Shown: positions 19,589-28,726 of the stretch, piece after piece | How positions within the stretch are numbered: position 1 is the first letter of the stretch | How the letters are laid out: every line of letters starts with the position of its first letter | Origin: an uncultured Planctomycetia bacterium | GTDB taxonomy: Bacteria > Omnitrophota > Gorgyraeia > Tantalellales > Tantalellaceae | Assembly (NCBI GenBank): GCA_964421015.1 | Contig: CAYQUS010000001.1 | Span: forward strand, 236,726-300,725 | Length of the DNA stretch: 64,000 nucleotides | Reading direction: 5' to 3' | Made by a program: the position numbers and the translations under genes | Notes under the pieces: model-generated | The model's input: only the letters and a program-made list of their open reading frames with translations | The model's database searches: none | Told to the model about the DNA's origin: nothing

Positions 19589-20772
19589 TTTGCGATGGCC
19601 TCCAGAACCTCTGAAAGTTTCTCTATTGCTTCGTCCGCCTCGGAACGGGTAACCGTTATCGGCGGCATTATTCTGAGCACATTATGCTGAGTGCAGTTTA
19701 TAAGGAGCCCCTTATCCGCCGCTTTCTCTACGACCGGAGAAGCGTCTTCCATATTCAGGCTTACCCCTATCATAAGCCCCAGCGCCCTTACCTCTCCAAT
19801 GAGGGGAAATTTTGAACCTAGGTCTCGAAGCCTTCCGACTATGTATTTGCCCATCTTAACGGCGTTTTCCAGGAGTCCTTCCTTCTCTATCGCCTCGAAC
19901 ACTCCTAAAGCCGCCGCGCACACTATAGGGCTTCCGCCGAACGTTGAAGCATGCGATCCTACGCCAAGCACATCTTTATGCTTCTCTCTCACCACCAGAG
20001 CCCCTATGGGAAGCCCCCCTCCCAGAGACTTCGCGAGCGTCATCGCGTCAGGTTCGATACCGAAATGCCTGTAAGCGAACATTTCCCCGGTACGCCCCAT
20101 ACAGGTCTGCACCTCGTCAACTATCAGCAGTATATCTTTCTTACGGCATATCTCCGACAGCTCATTCATGTACGCCTGAGAAGGTATATTTATCCCGCCT
20201 TCACCCTGCACCGGCTCTATCATAACGGCTACGGTCTTATCCGTCAACGCGCCCTTAAAAGCCCCGATATCATTGAACGGCACATGCTTGAACCCTTCAG
20301 GAAGAGGATAAAAACCTTTCTTTACTTTTTCCTGTGCGGTAGCGGTCAAAGTGGCAAGAGTCCTGCCGTGGAAGGACTTTTCCATGGTTATTATCTCATA
20401 CCTTAGGCCTTTCCCGTATTTCCTGGCCAGTTTTATAGCCCCCTCATTGGCCTCGGCTCCGCTGTTGGCGAAAAATACCCTTCCCGGGAAAGAATGTTCT
20501 ATTATCTTCTTGGCCGCCAGAGGCTGGACATCGTTAAAAAAATTGTTAGAGACGTGCAGTATCCTGCCGAGCTGTTCCGTTATCCGCGCTATCACTCTCG
20601 GATGCCTGTGCCCCACGCCGCTTACCGCCCATCCGGGGAAGAAATCCAGATAAGTTTTACCCTCAGCATCCTCCACCCTGGAGCCCTCTCCCTTTACAAG
20701 ACACAATCCTCCCCTTGAGTATGTGGAAAGAACATACTCATCGTACATTTTTTTTATCTCGGCTGTGTTCAT
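19585..20772 (-). CDS. argD: Acetylornithine aminotransferase
   Basis: 395 aa class III aminotransferase. It overlaps argF by 4 nt. Confidence 0.88.
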   Translation of the reverse strand: MNTAEIKKMYDEYVLSTYSRGGLCLVKGEGSRVEDAEGKTYLDFFPGWAVSGVGHRHPRVIARITEQLGRILHVSNNFFNDVQPLAAKKIIEHSFPGRVFFANSGAEANEGAIKLARKYGKGLRYEIITMEKSFHGRTLATLTATAQEKVKKGFYPLPEGFKHVPFNDIGAFKGALTDKTVAVMIEPVQGEGGINIPSQAYMNELSEICRKKDILLIVDEVQTCMGRTGEMFAYRHFGIEPDAMTLAKSLGGGLPIGALVVREKHKDVLGVGSHASTFGGSPIVCAAALGVFEAIEKEGLLENAVKMGKYIVGRLRDLGSKFPLIGEVRALGLMIGVSLNMEDASPVVEKAADKGLLINCTQHNVLRIMPPITVTRSEADEAIEKLSEVLEAIAK

Positions 20773-20830
20773 GTATTGTCCTGTCTGTGTGTAGGTACCC
20801 GGTGCATCATCAGAAACCGTTTATCGTATC

Positions 20831-21733
20831 TTACTCCCCGGGACAGCAAACTATTTCCGTCCCGATACCTTTATCGGTGAAAATCTCAAGTAAAAGCGCG
20901 TGTGTGAGATTAGCGTCCACAATATGGGCCTTTTTAATATTCCCGCCTAGAGCATGAAGACAGGACTTTATCTTGGGCACCATACCCCCCTCTATCACCT
21001 TCGTCTTTATAAGATGGTCCACAGCCTCCACTGTCAGAGAGTGGAACAGAGAATCTGGATCGTTCTTGTCCCTCATAACACCTCTGACATTTGTGAGGAC
21101 CACAAATTTTTCGGCTTTAAGCGCTATGGCTATACTTGAGGCCGCCTCATCGGCGTTGATATTGTAAAGTTTACCGTCCTTGCCCTTACCCACAGGACAT
21201 ATGACCGGGATAATGTTGGTCTCAATGAGCCGGTTCAGTATAGTGGTGTCTATCCCTCCTACCTTTCCCACACACCCCAGATCCGGGCCGTCCCGTTTAA
21301 CAGCCTGTATCATATTGTTTTCCTTGCCGCTCAAACCGAACGCTTCTCCGCCAAAATCGTTTATCTCCGAAACAAGCCCCTGATTGACCTCGAGAAGCAC
21401 CGTATCCACTACGCCCATAGACGCCTCGCACGTTACCCTGAGACCGTCGACAAACTTGGTCTCGATTTTAGCCTCGGAGAGGCGCCTGTTGATATCGGGC
21501 CCGCCGCCGTGCACAAGCACCGGTTTCATTCCGGCATAGCGCATGAACACTATGTCCTGGAGGACCATATCCCTTACTTTCTGGTCGTTAAGGGAACTCC
21601 CTCCGAACTTTATCACAACAACCTTATTGAAAAACTTCTTTATGTAAGGCAGCGCTTCTATCAGTATCTCGCTTTTTCGTATAGCCTCTTCCATTATTTT
21701 TTTCTCCGTTTTACGCCCGTTCCGCGCGGTCAT
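20831..21733 (-). CDS. argB: Acetylglutamate kinase. An alternative start is the ATG at 21694, which has a GGAGA SD.
   Basis: ALPYIKKFFNKVVVIKFGGSSL aligns with the ArgB N-terminus. Confidence 0.88.
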   Translation of the reverse strand: MTARNGRKTEKKIMEEAIRKSEILIEALPYIKKFFNKVVVIKFGGSSLNDQKVRDMVLQDIVFMRYAGMKPVLVHGGGPDINRRLSEAKIETKFVDGLRVTCEASMGVVDTVLLEVNQGLVSEINDFGGEAFGLSGKENNMIQAVKRDGPDLGCVGKVGGIDTTILNRLIETNIIPVICPVGKGKDGKLYNINADEAASSIAIALKAEKFVVLTNVRGVMRDKNDPDSLFHSLTVEAVDHLIKTKVIEGGMVPKIKSCLHALGGNIKKAHIVDANLTHALLLEIFTDKGIGTEIVCCPGE

Positions 21734-21759
21734 CCCTAAGATCCAAAGAGCCCCGCTGA

Positions 21760-22965
21760 CTAGGTGGTATAGAACGAGTTAAGGGTTATATACTTCGTGG
21801 TTATATCGCAGGAATAAAAAACGGCTTTCCCGGGTCCGTCGGCCAGGTCTACCTCCACCTTCACATCTCTGCCCTTAAAAACCGGGGAATTAATTCGTTT
21901 CGCTCCGGGAACCGGTTTTCCCTTCCTGAAAAAAACCTCGTTATCCAGCTTTATTGTCATTTTCCCGGGATCGAATTTCACGCCGCTGGCTCCCGCGGAA
22001 GAAGCTATCCTTCCCCAGTTCGGGTCTCCCCCGGCTATCGCGCATTTTACAAGAAGAGAATCCGCCACGGATTCCGCCACTTTTTTGGCGTCCCTGTGCG
22101 TCCTTGCCCCCGTAATATTCACTTTTATGAATTTGCTGGCGCCTTCCCCGTCCCTCACTATCATCCCTGAAAGATCTTCCATAACAGCCGCGAGATTCTT
22201 CCTGAAAACTTCCGACGAAACTCCCGCCCCCGATATTCTTTCGTTGCCAGCCATACCGTTCGCCATGACAAGAACCGTATCATTTGTGCTCATATCCCCG
22301 TCAACGGTTATGGCGTTAAAAGAAATATCAGTGGCCGATGAAAGGGTTTTATCGAGCGTTCTCTTATCGATAACGGCATCCGTCATAATGTAGGCAAGCA
22401 TCGTAGCCATTTCCGGTTTTATCATTCCGGCGCCTTTTGCTATACCGGTTATTGTAACTTGCCTGCCTTTTATCGTGAACTTCCTTGAGGAGATCTTCCT
22501 GAACCCGTCCGTGGTTATTATACCGTCGGCGGCATCTTCTACCCCTGAGCGTGACAGACTTTCCACAAGGGGCTTAAGCCCTTTCAGTATCGGCTTCATG
22601 TTCATGTACTGCCCTATTATGCCGGTAGACGAGACAAACACTTCCCCGGCCTTCAGCCCAAGCTCATGTGCCAGGCTATCCGCCATCTTTTCACAGTCCT
22701 TGAGCCCTCTCTCTCCGGTCATGCAGTTCGCGTTACCGCTATTCACTAGCACCGCTCTTAAAGAGGCTTTTCTTTTAATCTGCGCTATACCCCTTATCAC
22801 GGGAGCGGCCTTCACGGTATTCCTTGTAAAAAGAGCCGATGCCGTGCAGGGTTTCTCAGAGTATATTATCGAGAGATCCTTGCGTTTCCTTTTAGCCCCG
22901 CAATGTATCCCGGCCGCCAGGAATCCTGCCGGCAAAATAGCGGTCTCGCTGCTTTTCTTCTTCAT
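21760..22965 (-). CDS. argJ: Bifunctional glutamate N-acetyltransferase / ornithine acetyltransferase
   Basis: 401 aa. The autoproteolytic ATML site is present (KPEMATMLAYIMTDA). Confidence 0.92.
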   Translation of the reverse strand: MKKKSSETAILPAGFLAAGIHCGAKRKRKDLSIIYSEKPCTASALFTRNTVKAAPVIRGIAQIKRKASLRAVLVNSGNANCMTGERGLKDCEKMADSLAHELGLKAGEVFVSSTGIIGQYMNMKPILKGLKPLVESLSRSGVEDAADGIITTDGFRKISSRKFTIKGRQVTITGIAKGAGMIKPEMATMLAYIMTDAVIDKRTLDKTLSSATDISFNAITVDGDMSTNDTVLVMANGMAGNERISGAGVSSEVFRKNLAAVMEDLSGMIVRDGEGASKFIKVNITGARTHRDAKKVAESVADSLLVKCAIAGGDPNWGRIASSAGASGVKFDPGKMTIKLDNEVFFRKGKPVPGAKRINSPVFKGRDVKVEVDLADGPGKAVFYSCDITTKYITLNSFYTT

Positions 22966-23975
22966 TCCAGTCCCCGCCTTTCATCTATACCGTACATGAT
23001 ATTCATGTTCTGCATGGCCTGTCCGCTGGCTCCCTTAAGAAGGTTGTCTATTACAGACACCACTATCAGCATGCCCGCGGAGACCGTAAGACCAATATCG
23101 CAAAAATTGGTGCCTGCCACATCCTTTACCTGCGGGAGTTCTCCCAGAGGTTTCACCCTTACAAACGGCTCCCCTGCATAAAGTTTCTGGTAAAGCCCAT
23201 GTATCTCCTCCGCTCCGGGAAGCCCCTTATGCCTGACATATATTGTCGAGAGTATACCGCGCCTCATAGGCAGAAGATGCGGGGCGAAGTTCAGTTTGAA
23301 TTCGCTTCCCGAAAATCCTGACAGGACATGTTCCATCTCCGGCATATGCTGATGAGCATTTGCCTTGTAACACTTGAAATTTTCACCCACCTCGCTGAAA
23401 GAAAGCTCCAGCGCGGCTTTACGGCCGGCCCCGGTGGCTCCGCTTTTTGAGTCCACCACCACATCAAGTCCTGCGGAAATTATGTTTTTTGCTATCGGCA
23501 TAAGCCCGAGTATTACGCTGGTCGGATAGCATCCGGGATTAGCCACAAGAGAGGCCTTTTTTATGGATTGCCTGTTCATTTCCGGCAGACCATAGACAGC
23601 TTTGCGGATATTATTCGGATCAGAATGTTTAAGACCGTACCACTTTTCATAGACATCCACCGGTATCCTGTAATCGGCGCTCAAGTCTATAACCCTCTTA
23701 CCTTTGGCTAAAAAAGCGGGAACATACTCCATGGAAACCGTGTGCGGCAGAGAAAGAAATATCACATCGGTCTCGGAGGCTATCTTTTCAGGGTTTATTG
23801 GGCAGCAAGGAATAGTAACTCTCTTGGCTAACCTGGGGAACATATCGGAAACAGGGGTCTCTTTTTCCACACGTGAAGATAAAGACGTTATTTCAACATC
23901 CGGATTACGCAGAAGTATTTCTACCATCTCCTGCCCGGCGTAGCCAGTAACCCCAACCACTCCAGCTTTTATCAT
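22962..23975 (-). CDS. argC: N-acetyl-gamma-glutamyl-phosphate reductase. The start is taken at the ATG with an AGGACAGGAA SD; the track TTG at 24005 adds 10 aa.
   Basis: MIKAGVVGVTGYAGQ N-terminus and a catalytic Cys region. Confidence 0.9.
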   Translation of the reverse strand: MIKAGVVGVTGYAGQEMVEILLRNPDVEITSLSSRVEKETPVSDMFPRLAKRVTIPCCPINPEKIASETDVIFLSLPHTVSMEYVPAFLAKGKRVIDLSADYRIPVDVYEKWYGLKHSDPNNIRKAVYGLPEMNRQSIKKASLVANPGCYPTSVILGLMPIAKNIISAGLDVVVDSKSGATGAGRKAALELSFSEVGENFKCYKANAHQHMPEMEHVLSGFSGSEFKLNFAPHLLPMRRGILSTIYVRHKGLPGAEEIHGLYQKLYAGEPFVRVKPLGELPQVKDVAGTNFCDIGLTVSAGMLIVVSVIDNLLKGASGQAMQNMNIMYGIDERRGLE

Positions 23976-24066
23976 ATTTCCTGTCCTTGCGGGTTTTTCG
24001 CTCAAAAATGTGTAAATCGCGCCCAGAAAAGCTCAGTTCTTTACAATAAGTATTATTAAAAATTAG

Positions 24067-24095
24067 AGTATAGGACAAATGCCACAAGGTGTCAA
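24067..24095 (-). promoter_or_regulatory. Perfect-consensus sigma70 promoter TTGACA, 17 nt, TATACT upstream of argC. It is the likely promoter of the arg-lys-fol-pan-nad co-directional gene run.
   Basis: Read directly. An AT-rich AATAAtacTTATT palindrome lies just downstream and could be an operator. Confidence 0.5.
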
Positions 24096-24129
24096 GGGAA
24101 ACTGGGCGGCACCTTGTCGTCCCAGATAC

Positions 24130-24166
24130 TAAAAAGACGGGCCACCCTGATGGATGACCCGTCTTG
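24130..24166 (-). terminator. Rho-independent terminator of rplM-rpsI: stem AGACGGG...CCCGTCT followed by a T5 tract on the minus strand.
   Basis: Inverted repeat 24135-24141 / 24158-24164 with 24131-24135 giving the U-tract. It lies about 50 nt downstream of the rpsI stop. Confidence 0.55.
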
Positions 24167-24214
24167 AAAATATAAGCCGAAAAGCGGTCACCTTCCCCGC
24201 CATCCAGCCTCAAA

Positions 24215-24610
24215 TTACCTCTTGGAGAACTGGAACCTTTTGCGGGCCCTCTTCTGCCCGTACTTCTTTCTTTCCTTCGCTCTCGGATCTCGCGTTAAAA
24301 AACCGGCTTTTTTCAAAGCTGTTCTTGCGGCCGCGTCTATCTCTATGAGCGCTCTTGCTATACCGTGTTTTAAAGCCCCGGCCTGGCCGCTTATCCCGCC
24401 GCCCGATACCGTTGCTATTATGTCGTATTTGCCTGAAGCCCCCGCTGTTTCCATCGGCTGGAGCACCACTATCCGATGCGTTTCTCTCGGAAAATAGTCC
24501 TCAAAAGACCGTTTGTTGACCCTGACCTTACCGGTTCCAGGGACAAGCCGCACCCTGGCCGTGGACTCCTTACGCCTTCCTACCACCATAGTTTTAGTTT
24601 TTTCGTTCAT
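24215..24610 (-). CDS. rpsI: 30S ribosomal protein S9
   Basis: 131 aa. [10 protein letters not shown] near the N-terminus and the C-terminal [16 protein letters not shown]. Confidence 0.95.
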   Translation of the reverse strand: MNEKTKTMVVGRRKESTARVRLVPGTGKVRVNKRSFEDYFPRETHRIVVLQPMETAGASGKYDIIATVSGGGISGQAGALKHGIARALIEIDAAARTALKKAGFLTRDPRAKERKKYGQKRARKRFQFSKR

Positions 24611-24625
24611 TTATCAGCTCCGTTT

Positions 24626-25054
24626 TTATATCTTTATCTCGACAGGTTTCTGGGACATGTGCGTGTGCTCGGAACCCACATAAAGTTTGAGCCTCTTAAG
24701 CATGAGCGCCGCCAGCTTATTCTTGGGTAACATCCCCCTCACAGCGTGTCTTAGGGCGAACTTGGGGTCCTTTTCCATCATCTTATCGTATCTGGTCACC
24801 TTCTGCCCGCCAGGATATCCCGAAAAGCTCTTATAGTACTTCTGTTCCGCTTTTTTACCCGTGATGCGCACCTTACCGCAGTTAAGTACTATCACACCCG
24901 CGCCGCTATCCACGTTAGGCGTGAAATCAGGCCTGTACTTTCCGCTTAAAAGTGTCGCTATCTTTGACGCGGCTCTCCCAAGAACCTTGCCATCAGCGTC
25001 TATCACAAACCATTCGTGACCGCTTTCCCTGTGTTTCATAATTTTAGTTTTCAT
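24626..25054 (-). CDS. rplM: 50S ribosomal protein L13
   Basis: 142 aa. Aligns with E. coli L13 (WFVIDADGKVLGR). Confidence 0.95.
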   Translation of the reverse strand: MKTKIMKHRESGHEWFVIDADGKVLGRAASKIATLLSGKYRPDFTPNVDSGAGVIVLNCGKVRITGKKAEQKYYKSFSGYPGGQKVTRYDKMMEKDPKFALRHAVRGMLPKNKLAALMLKRLKLYVGSEHTHMSQKPVEIKI

Positions 25055-25146
25055 GATCGCCTTTGCCTGGTGTTTTAATTAAAACCGGGCACTCGCTGAA
25101 TAACGTACAGCGGCCCGTTGATCGGTTCCCATAAAACAGAGCTGTA

Positions 25147-25175
25147 AAATTATCACATTTACCCGGGCTTGTCAA
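25147..25175 (-). promoter_or_regulatory. Candidate sigma70 promoter (TTGACA, 17 nt, TAATTT) for rplM-rpsI.
   Basis: Read directly. The leader to the rplM ATG is about 85 nt. Confidence 0.45.
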
Positions 25176-25361
25176 GGGGTTTTAGGAAAGAAGAAACGTA
25201 GAGAAGGCGCTATAGGTCACCCTGCGAAGTTACAGAAGATCCGCGTGGAGTAACAATGGCTTTATCCCGGTTGGAAGCCCCGGCATCCTTAATGGGCATG
25301 AGACAGACAGCCTCATACAGCCAAGCGGAAGAAATGCCTTAGGATCCCTCTATCCTGGATA

Positions 25362-25535
25362 CTATTCCCCGAAAACAGCCCTGTAAAGAGCCCTTACCTG
25401 TTTCTTGTAATAGGTATCAAAAACATTGCGCACGACCTCTTTGGATACGGCTTTGCTCGTCAGATCGGCCATTTTCTTGTTTTCCCGTCTCTGTTCGTTG
25501 ATAGTGACCCTGTGGGAAAAATTTTTCTTTGTCAT
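25362..25535 (-). CDS. Small ribbon-helix-helix (CopG/Arc-like) DNA-binding protein, 57 aa. It is not in the ORF track because it is under 60 aa.
   Basis: Manual translation gives MTKKNFSHRVTINEQRRENKKMADLTSKAVSKEVVRNVFDTYYKKQVRALYRAVFGE. The pattern is a beta-strand (RVTINE), helix, a T/S turn, then helix. Its ATG overlaps the upstream stop as ATGA. Confidence 0.5.
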   Translation of the reverse strand: MTKKNFSHRVTINEQRRENKKMADLTSKAVSKEVVRNVFDTYYKKQVRALYRAVFGE

Positions 25536-25705
25536 TTCTCTTCCTCCCCCTTTTTGGTGAACGTTATGGTGCCGTCATCCCCTACGAGAAACGCCACCTT
25601 GTCTCTCTTTCTTATATCAAAATAATCCTGAAGCACCTTGGGGATGAATATCTGCCCCCTGTCGGATACCGTAGAGTAGAATTTAAATCCTCTTTTTCTG
25701 GCCAT
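25532..25705 (-). CDS. AbrB/MazE/SpoVT-family swapped-hairpin DNA-binding protein (antitoxin-like), 57 aa from the ATG with an AAGGAG SD. The track ORF starts at the TTG at 25747.
   Basis: MARKRGFKFYSTVSDRGQIFIPKVLQDYFDIRKRDKVAFLVGDDGTITF matches the AbrB N-domain / VapB-MazE fold pattern. Confidence 0.7.
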   Translation of the reverse strand: MARKRGFKFYSTVSDRGQIFIPKVLQDYFDIRKRDKVAFLVGDDGTITFTKKGEEEK

Positions 25706-25730
25706 ACGCTCCTTCTTTTTTCCAAGTACA

Positions 25731-25764
25731 AAACAAGTATACAACAAGTATCTATACTTGTCAA
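25731..25764 (-). promoter_or_regulatory. Perfect sigma70 promoter TTGACA, 17 nt, TATACT for the AbrB-RHH cassette. A 9-bp inverted repeat ACAAGTATA/TATACTTGT and a direct repeat ATACTTGTT x2 overlap the -35, spacer and -10. This is likely an autoregulatory operator.
   Basis: Read directly. The -10 is at 25736-25741 and the -35 at 25759-25764, read on the minus strand. Confidence 0.5.
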
Positions 25765-25817
25765 ATTTTTGCGAAAAATTTTTAGCCGGTTAAATAAAAA
25801 TTATTCGCGGATGATCG

Positions 25818-26552
25818 TTAGTAGGAAACTTTAATTAAGAATAACCCTCTGGCTGGCGCAGTGGGACCGGCTTTTGTCCTGTCCATGGAATTTAGTATAT
25901 CGAGCATACTGCCCTGTGGAAGATATCCCCTGCCTATATCAACAAGGGTCCCGACGATATTCCGAACCATATTGTAGAGAAAACCGTCGCCCTGGACACG
26001 TATGATCACGCGTCGGCCGGTTTTGCTGACGGATATATCCGTTATAGTCCTTATTGAAGTCCTTTCTTTTTTATCCCTGGCCTGAAAGCATTTAAAATCA
26101 TGAGTCCCGATAAGAACCATCGCTTCTTTTTTCATAAGGCCTACATCAAGGGGATATCCTACCCTCCACATGTATCTTTCGCCGAAAGGATCGCGGGAAC
26201 GGCTGTTAAAGATCACATACGTGTATATCTTTTTTTTTGCCTGGAACCTGGAATGAAAAGAGAGAGGTACCTCTACAGCCTTACCTATGGATATATCCTG
26301 GGGAAGAACGCCGTTAAGGGCTTGCGCTATCTTTTTTACGGGAAAGTCACGGGAAATCTTGAAATTGGCTATCTGACCCCTGGCATGAACGCCTGAATCC
26401 GTGCGGCTGGCGCCGTAAAGACAGTGTTTCTCCCCAAAGACCTTTTCTATGGCCTTTTCTATCTCTTCCTGTACGGTGCTTCCGTTCCTCTGGGACTGCC
26501 AACCCTTGTATCTCGTGCCGTCGTAAGATATGGTTAGCTTTATGTTCCGCAT
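25818..26552 (-). CDS. truA: tRNA pseudouridine(38-40) synthase
   Basis: 244 aa. N-terminus ISYDGTRYKGWQSQ, which includes the catalytic Asp. Confidence 0.9.
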   Translation of the reverse strand: MRNIKLTISYDGTRYKGWQSQRNGSTVQEEIEKAIEKVFGEKHCLYGASRTDSGVHARGQIANFKISRDFPVKKIAQALNGVLPQDISIGKAVEVPLSFHSRFQAKKKIYTYVIFNSRSRDPFGERYMWRVGYPLDVGLMKKEAMVLIGTHDFKCFQARDKKERTSIRTITDISVSKTGRRVIIRVQGDGFLYNMVRNIVGTLVDIGRGYLPQGSMLDILNSMDRTKAGPTAPARGLFLIKVSY

Positions 26553-26570
26553 TCTTCGCCCGGGAGATAA

Positions 26571-27620
26571 CTACTTCCCGATAAGTTTCTCCGCTATCTG
26601 CACCGCGTTAAGAGCCGCTCCTTTCCTCAGATTGTCGGCTACAACCCACATATTAAGCCCGCAAGGCACGGAGAAATCCTCCCTTATCCTGCCGACAAAC
26701 ACATCATCCTTGCCCTCAACGTCTATGGGCATCGGGTAACGGTTATTCTCAACGTCGTCTACAAGCGTTATGCCGGGGAACTTCCTTATGGCCTCGATAG
26801 CCTCGCCCCTTGTTATTTTGCCTTCGGTCTCAACATTTACGCTTTCGGAATGAGCGTAATAGACAGGCACCCTAACGCAGGTGGAAGTGACCATAATATC
26901 GTCCCTGCCCATTATCTTACGTGTTTCGTTGACCATTTTCATTTCTTCTTTGGTGTAGAAATTCTCGGTGAAAGAATCGATATGCGGAATGACATTGTAG
27001 GCTATCTGATGGGCGAACCTGTTAACCATTCCTTCAGGAGCGTTGTGCTCCCCTACCCCATAGTGAGACTCTTTTTTGCTTATGCGCATCACCTGCGCTT
27101 CCATTTCTATTATGTTCTGCTGTCCCGCTCCCGAAACCGACTGGAAAGTGGTCACCACTATCCTTTTTATCTTTTTTATCCTGTCCAGCGCCTTAAGGGG
27201 GAGCACCATCTGTATTGTGGAACAGTTGGGATTGGCGATTATGCCCTTATTCATTGCAATGGCCTCGGGATTGACTTCCGGCACGACAAGCGGAACTTCT
27301 TTTTCCATCCTGTAGGCGCTTGAGTTATCCACGCATACCGCGCCTGATGAAACGGCGTAAGGCAAAAACTCCTTGCTTCTAGAGGCGCCTGCTGAAGCCA
27401 GCACAATGTCAACGTCCTTGAAAGAATCCTTGGTAAGTACCTCTACGGGTATCTCTTTGCCGCCAAAAACAAGTTTTTTACCCTCGGACCTTTCACTGGC
27501 AAGAAGCTTGAGATTTTCGATAGGGAAAGCCCTTTCCTCAAGTATCCATAAAAACTGATTTCCCACCGCTCCGGTGGCTCCCATTACCGCGACATTGTAT
27601 CTGCTCTTTTTCTTCAACAT
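26571..27620 (-). CDS. asd: Aspartate-semialdehyde dehydrogenase
   Basis: 349 aa. N-terminus VAVMGATGAVG and a catalytic Cys (NPNCSTI). Confidence 0.92.
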   Translation of the reverse strand: MLKKKSRYNVAVMGATGAVGNQFLWILEERAFPIENLKLLASERSEGKKLVFGGKEIPVEVLTKDSFKDVDIVLASAGASRSKEFLPYAVSSGAVCVDNSSAYRMEKEVPLVVPEVNPEAIAMNKGIIANPNCSTIQMVLPLKALDRIKKIKRIVVTTFQSVSGAGQQNIIEMEAQVMRISKKESHYGVGEHNAPEGMVNRFAHQIAYNVIPHIDSFTENFYTKEEMKMVNETRKIMGRDDIMVTSTCVRVPVYYAHSESVNVETEGKITRGEAIEAIRKFPGITLVDDVENNRYPMPIDVEGKDDVFVGRIREDFSVPCGLNMWVVADNLRKGAALNAVQIAEKLIGK

Positions 27621-27659
27621 TAAACAGCTCCTTTTTGGACTGGTATCTCAGGTTAGAAC

Positions 27660-28712
27660 CTACAGGGCCTTAACGACAAGATCTCCCACCTCCGTGGTGG
27701 AGAATCCCATCTTCCCGGCCGAAAGGCTCTTAAGTTTTTTAGAAGTTACTTCCATCACGGCCTTCTCTATCATGTCCGCGGCCTTATGCTCTCCTAAAGT
27801 ATCAAGCATCATGCCTCCGGCGCATATGGCAGCCAGCGGGTTTATAACGTTCTTCCCGGTGTATTTCGGCGCCGAGCCTCCTATCGGCTCGAACATCGAT
27901 ACCCCTTCGGGGTTGATATTACCGCCGGCGGCTATACCCATCCCGCCCTGTATCATCGCGCCGAGGTCGGTTATTATGTCCCCGAACAGGTTATCGGTAA
28001 CTATAACATCGAACCACTCCGGGTTCTTCACCATCCACATGCACGTAGCGTCTACATGAGCGTAATCCCTTTTTATGTCCTTGTAATCTTTGTCTCCTAT
28101 CTCGTGAAAAGCCCTCTCCCAGAGATCAAAGGCGTAAGTAAGAACATTGGTCTTGCCGACAAGGGTCAGGGTATTCTTTTTTGCCCTTTTCCTGGCATAA
28201 TCAAAAGCATAACGGATGCATCTTTCTACGCCTTTACGCGTATTCACGGAAGTCTGTATAGCCACCTCATCCGCCGTGCCCTTTTTCAAGATACCGCCTG
28301 TACCCGTATAGAGCCCTTCGGTGTTTTCTCTTACCACTACGAAATCTATTTCCTCCGGCCCCTTGCCCTTTATGGGGGTCTCTACCCCGGGGTACAACTT
28401 TACCGGCCTGAGATTTATGTATTGGTCAAGAGCGAATCTCAGGGCAAGAAGAAGACCCTTTTCCAGTATGCCCGGCTTGACGTCCGGATGGCCTATAGCC
28501 CCAAGGTATATGGCGTCCATTGTCCTCAGCTCGCCAAGCACACTTTCAGGAAGTATCTCCCCTGTTTTTTTATAGCGCTCTCCGCCCAGATCGTAATGTA
28601 CCGTCTCATACTTAAACCCTGTTTTCTTCGACACGGCATCAAGAACTTTAAGGCCTTCCTTTATTACCTCCGGTCCTGTCCCGTCTCCGGGAAGAACAGC
28701 TATTTTGTACAT
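27660..28712 (-). CDS. leuB: 3-isopropylmalate dehydrogenase
   Basis: 350 aa. IAVLPGDGTGPEV and the isocitrate/isopropylmalate dehydrogenase signature. Confidence 0.92.
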   Translation of the reverse strand: MYKIAVLPGDGTGPEVIKEGLKVLDAVSKKTGFKYETVHYDLGGERYKKTGEILPESVLGELRTMDAIYLGAIGHPDVKPGILEKGLLLALRFALDQYINLRPVKLYPGVETPIKGKGPEEIDFVVVRENTEGLYTGTGGILKKGTADEVAIQTSVNTRKGVERCIRYAFDYARKRAKKNTLTLVGKTNVLTYAFDLWERAFHEIGDKDYKDIKRDYAHVDATCMWMVKNPEWFDVIVTDNLFGDIITDLGAMIQGGMGIAAGGNINPEGVSMFEPIGGSAPKYTGKNVINPLAAICAGGMMLDTLGEHKAADMIEKAVMEVTSKKLKSLSAGKMGFSTTEVGDLVVKAL

Positions 28713-28726
28713 TTTTCCTCCATTTC

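Noticed and set aside
24040-24066. Possible ARG box (AATAAtacTTATT) at the argC transcription start
   Set aside because: The match to the TNTGAATWWWWATTCANW consensus is poor. It is kept only as an AT-rich palindrome note within the promoter feature.
25176-25361. Possible tRNA, sRNA or toxin-gene remnant in the ORF-free 186 nt after the RHH gene
   Set aside because: No tRNA-like T-loop/D-loop signatures, no ORF longer than 31 codons, and no convincing terminator hairpin. It is left as an open question under the cassette finding.
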